A stretch of 64,000 nt of DNA, taken from Candidatus Latescibacterota bacterium. Lineage in GTDB: Bacteria > Latescibacterota > UBA2968 > UBA8231. Positions 9,815-20,243 of this stretch are shown here, piece by piece. Under the pieces are notes generated by a model, which did not search any database, was not told the DNA's origin, and saw nothing but the letters and a program-made list of their open reading frames with translations. Within the stretch, counting starts at the first letter, position 1. Each line of letters begins with the position of its first letter. Both the position numbers and the translations under genes were made by a program. The DNA lies in contig OZ253462.1 of NCBI GenBank assembly GCA_965261395.1, positions 3,744,001 through 3,808,000 on the forward strand. The letters are read 5' to 3'.

Positions 9815-10942
9815 TCAAAACGCCGTCTCGTAAAGCCGCAGGAAGTCCGCTTTTTGCAAGGGAAGCGGGTTGAAGGTGCCGGTCCATTGGCCAGCGGCTT
9901 CTTGGGCCATGGCGGGTAGATCGCTTGCGGCGACCTGACAATCGGCGAGTCGGCGCGGTAGCTCCGCCATAGAGCACAGTTCTTCGAGATGGGTGGCGAG
10001 CGCGAGTGCGCTGCCGTTGAGTTGGATATCCGCGCAAAGTTCGCCGTATAGATCGTCCACTGCTTGGCTATTCAAGCGGATCACGTGCGGCAGCATCAGG
10101 GCCACGGCGCGACCGTGGGTGAGTGGATAGCGGGCGGTGAGGGAGTTGGCGGTGGCGTGGGCGGCGCCGAGCATGGAGTTTTCGATGGCAGTACCGGCTA
10201 GGTGGGCACCTAAGAGCATGGCGGCGGCGGCGTTTTGGGGATCGGCGACGGCTGCCTCGTAGTGGGGCGCTAGCTGCCGCCAGGCTTGGCGGGCGAACAT
10301 TTGCGAGAGGGGCGTGCGGCGGGTGGAGACGTAGCTTTCGACGGCGTGGGCGAGGGCGTCGATACCGGCGTCGGCGCGGACGCGCTGGGGGGCGCTGGCC
10401 AGCAGATTGGGGTCGAGGATGGCGATGTGGAAGCGCGCTTTGCGGTCGCCGCAGGCCATTTTGGCATTCGTGTCGGCGCAGGTAATCAGGGCGTAGGATT
10501 GGGCCTCGCTGCCCGTTCCGGCTGTGGTGGGGATACCGATGGAGGGCAGCATGGGCTGGGTGGCTTTGCCGTAGCCTTGGTAGTCCTGCATCTGACCGTC
10601 GTTGGTGAGCAGGAAATTGATGCCCTTGGCGCAGTCCATAGCGCTACCGCCGCCCAAGGCGACGATCAGGTTGATGGGGCCGTGGGAGCGGGCGTGGTGG
10701 ACGCCAGCGGCTACGTGTTCGGTCGTGGGGTTTTCCTCTATGGCGGAAAAAGTAGTCGTCGCTAGGCCGGCGTTTTGTAGCGCGTGCTGAGCCTGTTCGG
10801 CGAGGTCGGCTTGGACGAGGCCGGGATCGGTTACGAGCAGGGCGCGGGGGCCGGCCAATGCGCTGGCGAGGTCGCCTAGCTGGTCGAGGGTTCCGGCTCC
10901 AAAGACTACGCGGATGGACGGATCGAAGTCGAAGGGGATCAT
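9815..10942 (-). CDS. Iron-containing alcohol dehydrogenase
   Basis: ALGGGSAMDCAK, IPTTAGTGSE, DALAHAVES and His ligands. True start MIPFDF by ATGA overlap. Confidence 0.92.
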   Translation of the reverse strand: MIPFDFDPSIRVVFGAGTLDQLGDLASALAGPRALLVTDPGLVQADLAEQAQHALQNAGLATTTFSAIEENPTTEHVAAGVHHARSHGPINLIVALGGGSAMDCAKGINFLLTNDGQMQDYQGYGKATQPMLPSIGIPTTAGTGSEAQSYALITCADTNAKMACGDRKARFHIAILDPNLLASAPQRVRADAGIDALAHAVESYVSTRRTPLSQMFARQAWRQLAPHYEAAVADPQNAAAAMLLGAHLAGTAIENSMLGAAHATANSLTARYPLTHGRAVALMLPHVIRLNSQAVDDLYGELCADIQLNGSALALATHLEELCSMAELPRRLADCQVAASDLPAMAQEAAGQWTGTFNPLPLQKADFLRLYETAF

Positions 10943-12336
10943 CCGGCTCTGCGCTGCAAGGCGCGTTGCTGGTAGAGGAAGTCGAAGAGGTTGCCTTCGT
11001 GCGGCTGGTCCCAAGCGATTTGGTGAGTGGGGATCGGGCCGAGGTTGAGGCGTTCGATGTGGGACGCGGCGAGCAGTTGGCGCGTTAGGCTCTCGTCCTC
11101 GGTGAGGGCGGTGGCTACCAGTGTCGGGCCGATGCGCGTGACTACTTCTTCTTGCGGGACTTCGACGACCGAGGCAAAGGGGAAGAGATATTCGGTGTTG
11201 GCGAGCGGATGTTGCCAGTCGGAGGCGTGGATCAAGGTTGGGTTGAGGAAGGTGCAGCCGCCGATCTCGGCGATGCGTTCGCCTTGGCCCCTGGCCGTGT
11301 CTTGGGCTGCGTCGCCGAGTTGGGCGTCGATTAGGGCTGAGAGTTGGCGCGCTCCTGCGGGGTTGGGGAAGGCGGCGATTTGGGCTTGGGGGTCGTCGAG
11401 GGGGCGGGCCTGGATTTGGCTCAGGCGCTCGCCGAGGGCGGCGGCGATTTCGCGGCCATGGGCAGGCACCCAGATGCCGGAGGCGTTGAGGCAGGAGCGG
11501 CCCCCATTGGCGGCGATGGAGGCGACCATGAGGTCGAGGTAATGCTCCCACTGGTCGATTTTGTCCGCGCCGATGATGATCTTGCTGCGCCCTGGTCCGT
11601 GTAGCTGGACGCGGGGGTCGCCGCGCCAAGGGGCAACGGTAGCGCCACCGCCAAACAGCAGCGAGCGACCGCAGCGGAGCAGGATTTCGGAACTGCCGCT
11701 GTGGTCGGTCGGGTAGTAGCTCAGGGCGTGGGGTGGACAGCCGGCCGCGATCAGGGATTGGGCGATGCGGTAAGGCGTCCACGGTTCTTCGCGGCCTGGC
11801 TTGAGCACCAGCGGGATCTTGAGCGGGATGGCCGGTAGCCACAGTGCGTGGACGCCGGGCGAGTTGCTGGGCAGGATGCAGCCGAGGGCGTGGGCGTGGG
11901 GCACGAAGTGGAGCGGACTTGGGCCGTCGTCGAGGATGGTCAGGTCCAAGCCTCGGGCTAGGCCGCTGAGCACGGCGGGCATTTCGACGCCGACGCGGTG
12001 GATTTTGTCCATGTTGGCGCGGGCCAGCGACTGCGGCAGGCCGGTGGTGGCTGAGACTTGGGCGACGTAGTCGTCTGGGGTTTGACCGTCGTCCCCTAAA
12101 GGCAGTTCGGCGTGCAAGAAGAGGTCGGCGGCTCGTTGGCAGATGGCGACCAATTCGGCGACGGTGAGGGCTTGCAGTGCCTGGCGGTTGCGTTCTTGGT
12201 CGGCTAAGTCGCGGGCGATCAAGCCACGGTTGGCTTGGCTGACTTGGGCCAGCGGTTGGCCGGTGGCGATGTGGGCGACGGCGAGGCGGTCGAGGCTGGT
12301 GTAGGGCTGGCCGGCGCGGAGGAGCGGTAGGTACAT
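10939..12336 (-). CDS. Aldehyde-dehydrogenase-fold acyl reductase, GriD/EhpG/LuxC-like
   Basis: LPSNSPG, VLKPG, catalytic Cys in NGGRSC and EYLFPF. LHGPGRSK replaces the LELGGK glutamate motif. Confidence 0.75.
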   Translation of the reverse strand: MYLPLLRAGQPYTSLDRLAVAHIATGQPLAQVSQANRGLIARDLADQERNRQALQALTVAELVAICQRAADLFLHAELPLGDDGQTPDDYVAQVSATTGLPQSLARANMDKIHRVGVEMPAVLSGLARGLDLTILDDGPSPLHFVPHAHALGCILPSNSPGVHALWLPAIPLKIPLVLKPGREEPWTPYRIAQSLIAAGCPPHALSYYPTDHSGSSEILLRCGRSLLFGGGATVAPWRGDPRVQLHGPGRSKIIIGADKIDQWEHYLDLMVASIAANGGRSCLNASGIWVPAHGREIAAALGERLSQIQARPLDDPQAQIAAFPNPAGARQLSALIDAQLGDAAQDTARGQGERIAEIGGCTFLNPTLIHASDWQHPLANTEYLFPFASVVEVPQEEVVTRIGPTLVATALTEDESLTRQLLAASHIERLNLGPIPTHQIAWDQPHEGNLFDFLYQQRALQRRAG

Positions 12337-12381
12337 GAGTTTGGATTTCGGTTTGGAGTTGGAGTAAGCCTTTACGATCTA

Positions 12382-12448
12382 TAATCTATAATCTGCAATA
12401 GTTTGGGACGTCGGAAAAGGCGTCGTCTTCAGGAAGAAGATTTCAAAA
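12382..12448 (+). repeat. 67-bp direct repeat, copy 1 (contains TATAAT and AGGAAG; abuts the ATG of the TonB receptor)
   Basis: 57/67 ungapped identity to 16262-16320 joined to 18404-18411. Confidence 0.85.
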
Positions 12449-14593
12449 ATGTTTAATCTGCGTCTCAGTTTATTCGTCTTGGCTGCCATCTGTATTGTGA
12501 ATCAATTATCGCTGGGGTTTCTAGACCGTGCGGTTGCACAGGATGATTCTGACAGGATTTATCAACTTGAAGAAACTGTCGTCACCGCGGAACGGATGGA
12601 AAACTCGCTTTTTGAATCTACCGCTGCTGTGTCGGTGCGTACCAGCGCTGAGCTGGAGTTCCTGCCACTAAAAAATCTCGCCGATGCGCTGGAAACTTTG
12701 CCGGGAATTTCGTTTTTGCACCGCGATGGGTTGGGGCGCGATCCGTTGGCAACGCTGCGCGGTTTTTACGGTGGTGGAGAAGCGGAGTATCTGCTTGTTA
12801 TGATCGATGGAAGGCCGATCAATGAGCTTGAGAAAGGGTTGATGAATTGGAATGCCATTCCGCTTGCAAGTATTAGCTCAATTGAATTTCTGCGCGGGGG
12901 CGCGTCTTCGCTGTACGGCGATGCTGCGATTGGTGGCGTTGTCAACGTGATCACCGCTGGCGATCATGCACCTCTAACGCAGATTTCAGTAACTGGTGGC
13001 AACTTTGGGGCACTGGGCGGACAGGCGCGAACAAGCGGTCTTTGGAATGGGCGCGAGTATGTGGCATTCGGATCGGGGGAGCGGCACATTGGGTTCCGAG
13101 AACATGCTGACCGCGCGGCAGAAAATCTTGGGGGTTCCTTTGCGCTGCTGCAAAAACCCAACGGTTCGCTTTCGGTTTCAACAACGCATCACTTCCAGCA
13201 ATTTGATGAACCCGGCCCGTTGACTGGCGCTGAGTTAGACAACTCCCGCTCCCAATCGACACCGTTCTACAAGTTTGACCATACTACCGACCGAACGCAT
13301 CGGGCGGCGATAACAGGTGATTATAATCTTCGCGATAGGGCCAAATTCTCCGGCGCGGTTGCCGGCGAGATTCGCGATTCCGATGCGGTCAGGACCCTGC
13401 AACTGAGCCCCGAATTTGCCGATACCAAGAATCGTTTACTTACGGTCTCGCGCCTCACGAGTTCGCTGCAACTGACGTTCGACCAACTAGGGCTTCTTTA
13501 CAAAGATCGCCTCAGTCTTGGCATGGACGCGGGCGTGCATTCGCTCTCGTCCGAGTATTATCAGTTCCTCCTTGGCGGACTGACTGACTATAGTGAGATG
13601 AATTCCGTTGCGCGCGGTGCATTGGCGGAAAAGGGCGCTAGCGCTCGACGCTCGGCCGCTGGGTTCCTGCAGTACGAACTTACGCCGATTCAAACACTGC
13701 GCGTCATCTTGGGAGTCCGCGCCGATATGATTCGCGATCGGTTTAGCCCTAGATCGCCGAGTGAAGGGGAGGAACAATCAACAACTCACTCGGAGTTGAG
13801 TCCAAAAGCGGGAGCGAATTTCCGTTATGTAAAAACGGAGCGGCATATCGGCAACCTGTACGCCAACGTTGCGCGATCGTTCAAAGCTCCAACACTGGAT
13901 CAGCTCTATGACCAGCGTTCAATCATCTTTCAAGTCCCGCCAGATCCCCCGTTCAAAGTTTTGCTTTCAAGCAGTGACCTAAATCCACAGTTTGGGACAT
14001 CTATCGAGGTGGGAGGTTATCATCGTGCGGTGCTGTCCCCCAACCTCTACGGCGAATTTTCGCTCGCAGCATATACCATGGACATGCAGGATGAGTTGGA
14101 TTTTGACCTTCAGCAGCTCAAGTACGTGAATATAGGCAAAAGCCGCCATCAGGGGGTTGAAACGGGTCTCAGGGTTACGATGAAGCAGAACCTGAATTTG
14201 TTTCTCAACTACACCCACCAAGCCGCTAAATCTCGAATTGGCGAGTATGCAGGCAAATTCTTGAAGGCAATCCCACGTGATGTGATCTACGGCGGCGTCA
14301 ACGCTGCCCATAAATCCGGCTTGGGTGGGAGTATCGTCATTAAATCGTCGAACCGCATTTTTCTGGATGACGCGAATGCGATTACACTGCCTAATTATAG
14401 CACTGTGGATGTTCGGCTCAAATATAAAGTGGGTCTAGTCGTCGCTACATTTGACGTATTCAATATCTTTGGTCAATCCTACAGTACAACGGGATATCCC
14501 GACGCATCGGGAAGTGGACATACCTACTTCTACCCAGCCGCTGGGCGACGTGCACGCTTCGGTTTTCAACTTCAGCATTGGAGAAAAAAATGA
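12449..14593 (+). CDS. TonB-dependent receptor (lower GC than backbone)
   Basis: ETVVTAER TonB box, IEFLRGGASSLYGDAAIGGVVNVIT plug, C-terminal barrel strand. Confidence 0.92.
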   Translation: MFNLRLSLFVLAAICIVNQLSLGFLDRAVAQDDSDRIYQLEETVVTAERMENSLFESTAAVSVRTSAELEFLPLKNLADALETLPGISFLHRDGLGRDPLATLRGFYGGGEAEYLLVMIDGRPINELEKGLMNWNAIPLASISSIEFLRGGASSLYGDAAIGGVVNVITAGDHAPLTQISVTGGNFGALGGQARTSGLWNGREYVAFGSGERHIGFREHADRAAENLGGSFALLQKPNGSLSVSTTHHFQQFDEPGPLTGAELDNSRSQSTPFYKFDHTTDRTHRAAITGDYNLRDRAKFSGAVAGEIRDSDAVRTLQLSPEFADTKNRLLTVSRLTSSLQLTFDQLGLLYKDRLSLGMDAGVHSLSSEYYQFLLGGLTDYSEMNSVARGALAEKGASARRSAAGFLQYELTPIQTLRVILGVRADMIRDRFSPRSPSEGEEQSTTHSELSPKAGANFRYVKTERHIGNLYANVARSFKAPTLDQLYDQRSIIFQVPPDPPFKVLLSSSDLNPQFGTSIEVGGYHRAVLSPNLYGEFSLAAYTMDMQDELDFDLQQLKYVNIGKSRHQGVETGLRVTMKQNLNLFLNYTHQAAKSRIGEYAGKFLKAIPRDVIYGGVNAAHKSGLGGSIVIKSSNRIFLDDANAITLPNYSTVDVRLKYKVGLVVATFDVFNIFGQSYSTTGYPDASGSGHTYFYPAAGRRARFGFQLQHWRKK

Positions 14594-14820
14594 GTAGATG
14601 AAGGCTGGTCTAGTACTGATTTTCCTGAAGGCGTTGATGAGTTGCATTTTGAATGCGCCGGTGTTATCACAGAGACTGAGTTGCTAAAGTATCTGTTCGG
14701 GTTGTTCTGTCTGATTTTAGAGCGCCTGGTTCAAATAGATTCGGCGTATGAGGACGATCCACAAATCACATTGAAATAGTCGCTGCCGAAGAGATCGGTA
14801 GGCGCAGTTGAGAAACGTGC

Positions 14821-15099
14821 CTACCGCGATTTGTCGATGACGGCTAAGTGCTCCTGCCAATCCGGTTCCCGTTCGGGGCCTTCCAACGCGTCGCAGGCGC
14901 GGAAGAACTCTTCGAGGTCGGCTGGGGATTCGAAGGGGTGGGATCGCTGCTGCTCTTCGAGCCGTTGGTGGGCGGCGGCCCTGAGCCACGCGCCCAAGGT
15001 CATGCCTTCGCTCCGCGCCTGACGGACGAAGCGATCACGGTCCTCGTCGGAAATCACTAACTGAACTCTGGCCACCTTCACATAGTCCTTTCTAGGCAT
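14821..15099 (-). CDS. Probable ribbon-helix-helix antitoxin, no intact toxin partner
   Basis: RVQLVISDEDRDRF...ARSEGMTLGAWLR pattern; start may be the GTG near 15080. Confidence 0.55.
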   Translation of the reverse strand: MPRKDYVKVARVQLVISDEDRDRFVRQARSEGMTLGAWLRAAAHQRLEEQQRSHPFESPADLEEFFRACDALEGPEREPDWQEHLAVIDKSR

Positions 15100-15123
15100 G
15101 TGTATAGACGATATACATGCCTA
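15093..15123. promoter_or_regulatory. Inverted repeat, putative autoregulatory operator
   Basis: TAGGCATGTGTAT...ATATACATGCCTA at the 5' end of the RHH gene. Confidence 0.5.
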
Positions 15124-15330
15124 TGCTGGAGATCAACCTTATCGGGTGGAGAATGCAGCCAGAACATCAGATACATTTCCTCGCTGTTGAAGGATTTGTG
15201 ATTTGCCCGCCTTGATGGATGATATGTGCGCTTGATGGTCTTGTTGCGAGAATTCGTCCGTTCCATTATATATTGTATAGATAAAAATTCACATAAAACG
15301 CGATTTTTTGCAGTTTTACTATATATCGCT

Positions 15331-16137
15331 ATGAGCTCAAAGATCGCCATACCTAAGGGACGCCGCAGGCTGACCGACGTTATTCGGGCATCCGGCGACA
15401 TCATTCATATCGCCGATGCTGAAGATGCCCTTGGCGTTAGCCGTTCCGACGCGACCAAGCTACTCTCCCGTTGGAGAGGGCAGGGCTGGCTGCGGCGCGT
15501 CGGCCCAGGTGCCTACGCACCAGTTGGCCTTGACTCCCTTGCCAGCGAGCAGGTTCTCGATGATCCCTGGGTGCTGGTGCCTGCGCTTTTTGAGCCGGCC
15601 TATATTGGCGGTCGGACTGCCGCCGAACATTGGGACCTGACGGAGCAGATCTTCCGCGACATTGTTGTGATGACTGCGCGGGCGGTGCGTGCGAAAAGCC
15701 AGCAATGCCATGGCGCACACTTCACCCTAAAGCATGTCCGGCAAGGTATGATCTTCGGGACGAAGACCGTCTGGCGTGGAAGAACCCAGATCGCCGTATC
15801 GGACGTTCACCGCACCATCATCGACATGCTCGACAATCCAGATCTTGGAGCTGGCATCCAGCATGTTGCCGACTGCCTTGCGATCTATTTCGACCGCAAG
15901 GACAGGGATGATGACAAGCTGATTGCCTATGCAGACCGGATCGGTAATGGTGCTGTATTCAAGCGTCTAGGCTTTCTGGCAGAACGCGGACCCGGCACTA
16001 CCACCCTTGTTGAGGCGTGCCGTGCGCGTCTGACCCAAGGCAACGCCAAGCTCGACCCGGGGCTTTCATGCCGCCGTCTCGTATCCCGATGGCGCCTCCT
16101 TATGCCTGAGAGCTGGGCCAAGGCAGCGTCCGCATGA
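15331..16137 (+). CDS. AbiEi-family type IV antitoxin/transcriptional regulator
   Basis: N-terminal wHTH, YIGGRTAAEHWDLTEQ, SDVHRTIIDMLD, NGAVFKRLGFL. Confidence 0.82.
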   Translation: MSSKIAIPKGRRRLTDVIRASGDIIHIADAEDALGVSRSDATKLLSRWRGQGWLRRVGPGAYAPVGLDSLASEQVLDDPWVLVPALFEPAYIGGRTAAEHWDLTEQIFRDIVVMTARAVRAKSQQCHGAHFTLKHVRQGMIFGTKTVWRGRTQIAVSDVHRTIIDMLDNPDLGAGIQHVADCLAIYFDRKDRDDDKLIAYADRIGNGAVFKRLGFLAERGPGTTTLVEACRARLTQGNAKLDPGLSCRRLVSRWRLLMPESWAKAASA

Positions 16138-16271
16138 TCGACCGCCGCTACTGAATTGACCGCATCTAGGGCGCGCAGACAACCGGGCAAAGTTTCATCC
16201 CGCGCTATACAGTGGAGCTGAGCCCGGAGGGCCTAGCCGTCATTCTGCCGACTACAACCCGTAATCTATAA
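16134..16271 (+). pseudogene. Collapsed AbiEii-type toxin remnant
   Basis: ATGA-coupled frame MIDRRY*IDRI*GAQTTGQSFIPRYTVELSP...: N-terminus apparently joined to a distal segment, with two nonsense codons. Confidence 0.6.
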
Positions 16272-16320
16272 TCTGTAATAGTTTGGGGTGTAGGAGAAAA
16301 CATCGTCTTTAGGAAGAAGG
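16262..16320 (+). repeat. 67-bp direct repeat, copy 2 (split by IS4; remainder at 18404-18411)
   Basis: Direct alignment with 12382-12448. Confidence 0.85.
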
Positions 16321-18394
16321 CTAAGTACACGACAGTAAAATCTGTACGGCCTCTCGACTTTCTTTAGATCGGTGTTCCGGATTGGCTATGAGTTGCTGTA
16401 ACCGATCTAAGCCCAGACGAAATAGGCTGATGGCTCGTCGGCCATGCTTTTTCTTGACAATGGGCTTGCGCCTATGCCCTTGCAGTCCAAGGAGCAGACA
16501 CCATAGGAGCCCTACCGCGAGTAGACCGATTAAAAGGTGCAGTCTTGGGGGCTGGGTCAATCGGGTTTCTTCCAAGTGGAAGCCTTTGGATTTGAGAAAC
16601 CCAAACGCGGTTTCTATAGACCAGCGATGCCCATAGGCGATCACGATGTTGTCGAGATCGGATCGATTGGTCACCAGTAACCGCGGCTCGTCTTTGTGGG
16701 GGCGATGGGCGACGAGATTCAAGCGCAGCGATTGGTAGAGCGTGACATTGTAAAACGTGCAGGTCGTCCCTCGTTTCCAATAGCGGGTCATCGACGCTAG
16801 GTAGCGCAGTTGCCCATCGTCGAGGGTGACCCAGCCGTTGCAGCGAATACGGATAACAAAAGAAACGTCGCGTTGCCGCAGCAGAAAGCGAAACCAGTCT
16901 TTGCCAATGAATTCTCGGTCGGCTAATAGACAACAGGTCGAGCCTTTTAAGAGTCTCTAACAAACCCTTTTTATGTCGTTTAGGCTGATCTATATTCATT
17001 TGTTCGGTATTGATGCTACTCCCTTGGTATGGAGGTTTGTTCATGGCCCAGCCCGTACTCGACGATGCGTTATGGGAACTCATTGAACCGGTTTTACCCC
17101 CCGATGTAGCCAAGCCCAAAGGCGGTCGGCCCCCGCTGGATAATCGTCGGGTGCTGACCGGCCTGGTCTTTGTGCTCAAGACGGGCATCCCTTGGGAGTA
17201 TTTGCCGCAAGAGTTGGGGTGCGGCTCGGGGATGACCTGCTGGCGTCGGCGGCGGGCTTGGCAGCAAGCCGGGGTCTGGAAGCGCGTCCACCATATTCTG
17301 TTGAACCAACTACGGGCGGCCGACCGGATCGACGGGTCTCGGGCGGTGATCGATAGTGCCTCGGTGCGGGCGGTTGGGGGGGGGCGCACCCCGGTCCCAA
17401 TCCGACCGATCGGGGCAAACCGGGCAGCAAACATCATGTAATCACCGATGCACAGGGGGTCCCGTTGGCCGCCAGCGTGACGGGGGCGCATCGGCATGAT
17501 GTGACGCAGTTGTTGCCGTTGGTGGATCGCATCCCTGCGGTGGCCGGTCGAGTCGGCCGACCGCGTCGTCGCCCCGATCAGGTGCAAGGCGACCGGGCCT
17601 ATGATTCGCAAGCGCATCGGCGCGCCTTGCAAAAGCGGGGCATCGGCGCGGTGTTGGCGCGGCGGGGACAAGCCCACGGCAGCGGCTTGGGCGTCTATCG
17701 GTGGGTGGTGGAACGGACGTTGGCGTGGTTGCATCAGTTTCGGCGGTTACGAGTGCGCTGGGAGCGGCGAGCCGAAATCCATGAGGCCTTCCTCGACATC
17801 GGATGTATACTCATCTGTTGGAACCACCTCAAAGAGTTTTGTTAGGAACTCTAAATAGGCAAGTGCCTGTCACATCACTTGTTTGCGTTCGCGCGTATGG
17901 GAGTTGCCGGGTCGTTGCAGCGACAAGGATATCAACGGGATTGATACGCCTTGAAACACCAGCCCTAAGCAGAGCAGATTCAGATCGGTCTGGCCCAACT
18001 GCCAGTGCGTCCGATCCAAAACTAACAGCAGCGGTTGCCCGGCAACGACCAGTTTGTCGACGATTAGTCGGGTAAAAACACTCGGGCAGAGGTCGCTGCT
18101 GAAAAACCGCTGCAATCGACGATACTGGCTGTCGATTTTCGTCAAACCCGGTAACGCACAGGCCAGCTTGCGTAGGTTGACCGAGCGGGTTTGGATCAAG
18201 GTAGGAAGCAGTTTGCATAGCAGGTCGATACGGTGACGAGACATGCCCAGCTTGGCTTGCTCCAAGGCGCGCTTGAATGTATGTATTAACACGGTGCAGC
18301 TCCGGAGATGAGAGTTTTATTTGCTTGCTTGGCAGCGTCAAATAAAACGCAACTCCGGACTGCACTACAACTTACACTACTGTCGTGTACTCAG
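16321..18394 (-). mobile_element. IS4-family element, inactivated
   Basis: Terminal inverted repeats CT(A/G)AGTACACGACAGTA; 9-bp target duplication GGAAGAAGG (16312-16320, 18395-18403). Transposase motifs LDRTHW, ADREFIG, RWSIETAF. In-frame TGA at 17870 and a nested IS5. Confidence 0.93.
16951..17851 (+). mobile_element. IS5-family element nested in IS4 (two ORFs, 17043-17441 and about 17465-17845)
   Basis: Inverted repeats GAGTCTCTAACAAA/GAGTTCCTAACAAA, target duplication TAA. Motifs LKTGIPW, GDRAYDS, RWVVERTLAWL. G9 run at 17376-17384 at the frame junction. Confidence 0.93.
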
Positions 18395-18790
18395 GGAAGA
18401 AGGTTTCAAAAGGAGCATAGGATGTCAGAGGGATACCGATCGCATCTCCGGTATGGCTGAGGATCTACAATATCTTGGGCAGCCAGTACGCACGCTGATG
18501 GACGAGATTCAACTTACCGGTAGGTCCAGGTACTTTGAGACGCGCGATGAGTGAGGCACTGCAGTATCGTCGGGGTCTATCTGGCACGCCCAGTTTATCC
18601 CGGTGGGGTCCAGACACGGCGGTGGCTATTGCTCATGTAGCATCGACCTCATATATTCCGAGATTGAGACGAGTTCACGGAGATAAGACCTCAGCGTAGC
18701 TCTAGGCTCGACCTTGGTATATCTCGAAAATTAACTGCGCCCGTGGGCGATAGACATGCCATTGCGAAGGCACTAACGGAAGGAGACGAA

Positions 18791-19063
18791 ATGAGCGATA
18801 AAGTCGATCCAATCGAACAAGAGGAGAAGGTGATCACAATAATAGTAAATGGCCGAGCTAGACAAATCACAGTAGATGAACTGTCGTTCGACGAATTGGT
18901 GGATTTGGCGTTCGATGATCCGGCGCGCGGCTCGCAGATTGTGTTTACGATCACATTTCGGAAAGCAGGCGGTCGGATCGAAGATGGCGAACTCGACGAA
19001 GGACAAAGGTTGAAGTTACGGGACGGGACCGTGGTTAATGTTACACGAACTGATCAGTCGTAA
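18791..19063 (+). CDS. Multiubiquitin-domain ubiquitin-like protein
   Basis: TIIVNGR...LSFDELVDLAF...FTITF...GTVVNVTRTDQS beta-grasp pattern; AGGAG ribosome-binding site. Confidence 0.8.
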   Translation: MSDKVDPIEQEEKVITIIVNGRARQITVDELSFDELVDLAFDDPARGSQIVFTITFRKAGGRIEDGELDEGQRLKLRDGTVVNVTRTDQS

Positions 19064-20243
19064 TCCCGATATACAGAGACTCGTCGGCGACGGCTACGAA
19101 GTAGAAATACGGGCGGGACATCTCGTTCTGCGCCGTATTCCTTATGTGTCAAGCCGGTGCGAGGTACGATATGGGGAGTTAGTCACCCCCATTACAATTA
19201 ATGGATATGAAGTGGGACCTCCACAAGATCACACAGTGTATTTTCGTGGCGAATACCCATGCGATGAAATTGGGAATCATATTGAAGCTATTAGGAATAG
19301 TAGCAATCGCATAGAATTAGCGAATGGCTTGTGGGTAGATCACTATTTTTCCGCAAAGCCTTACGGGAGAGACTACAGGGATTTCCACGACAAGATGACC
19401 CACTATGCTCAGATTTTGGGTCGATATGCTCGGAAGATAGATCCGGGAGCAACAGCACGGTCTGGTCGGCTCACGTTGACAGAAGATCCTAATGACCCCT
19501 TTGTGTACATGGAAACAGCGTCAAGTCGATCTGGAATAGCGAGAATGAATGAGATGCTTGCAAAGGACAAAATCGGGATCGTTGGACTAGGAGGTACCGG
19601 ATCATATATTATGGACTATGTAAGCAAGACACGAGTAGCGGAAATTCATCTGTTCGATGGCGACCAGTTTCAGCAACACAATGCATTTCGTGCGCCTGGA
19701 GCGGCAACCACGGAAGAAATCTCCGATAAGCGGAATAAGGCGGAATTTTACGCAGTAAAATACAGCGTAATGAGAAAGGGAATTGTCGCGCATCCAATAT
19801 ATATACAGCAAAACGATATAGATAAGCTAGTATGTTTGGATTTTGTTTTTGTGTCAATAGATGACAATTCAACAAAGCAGTGGTTGTTGCCCTTACTGGA
19901 GAAGAGGGAGATTCCTTTCATTGATGTAGGAATGGGAATTGAGAAGACTGATGAGAAGCTCTTGGGTATCATACGCACAAGCCTAAGTACACCGACAAAC
20001 GGGCTTTATGCGCCTCAAAAGAAAAAAGCATACGCGGATCTAGGTCAGCACGATGTTGGAGAGTACGAGCGGAATGTACAAATTGTCGAGCTAAACGCGT
20101 TAAATGCCGCCCTTGCTGTTATAAAATGGAAGAAATGGAGAGGCTTTTATCTTGATCTAGAAGGAGAGATACAAAGCACCTATACAGTGGATGGCAATCA
20201 TTTGGTGAACAGTGGTGAAAGGGCAATTGCTCCGATATCATGA
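19038..20243 (+). CDS. E2-like (DUF6791-like) plus ThiF/E1 fusion
   Basis: N-terminal DHTVYFRGEYPC; C-terminal IVGLGGTGS, LFDGD, HNAFR, FIDVGMG. Confidence 0.82.
   Translation: MLHELISRNPDIQRLVGDGYEVEIRAGHLVLRRIPYVSSRCEVRYGELVTPITINGYEVGPPQDHTVYFRGEYPCDEIGNHIEAIRNSSNRIELANGLWVDHYFSAKPYGRDYRDFHDKMTHYAQILGRYARKIDPGATARSGRLTLTEDPNDPFVYMETASSRSGIARMNEMLAKDKIGIVGLGGTGSYIMDYVSKTRVAEIHLFDGDQFQQHNAFRAPGAATTEEISDKRNKAEFYAVKYSVMRKGIVAHPIYIQQNDIDKLVCLDFVFVSIDDNSTKQWLLPLLEKREIPFIDVGMGIEKTDEKLLGIIRTSLSTPTNGLYAPQKKKAYADLGQHDVGEYERNVQIVELNALNAALAVIKWKKWRGFYLDLEGEIQSTYTVDGNHLVNSGERAIAPIS

Noticed and set aside
10943-11842. Long N-terminal extension of the 675-aa ORF, and similar extensions at 3187, 6957, 38087 and 41609
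   Set aside because: High-GC open-frame artefacts overlapping upstream genes; real starts are marked by ATGA overlaps or ribosome-binding sites.
14720-14770. Possible decayed vapC start downstream of the RHH gene
   Set aside because: Needs several indels to read as MIFVD..VL.YA; too weak to call.
12382-16320. Integron attC sites
   Set aside because: The repeat lacks RYYYAAC/GTTRRRY ends and palindromy, and no integrase is present.
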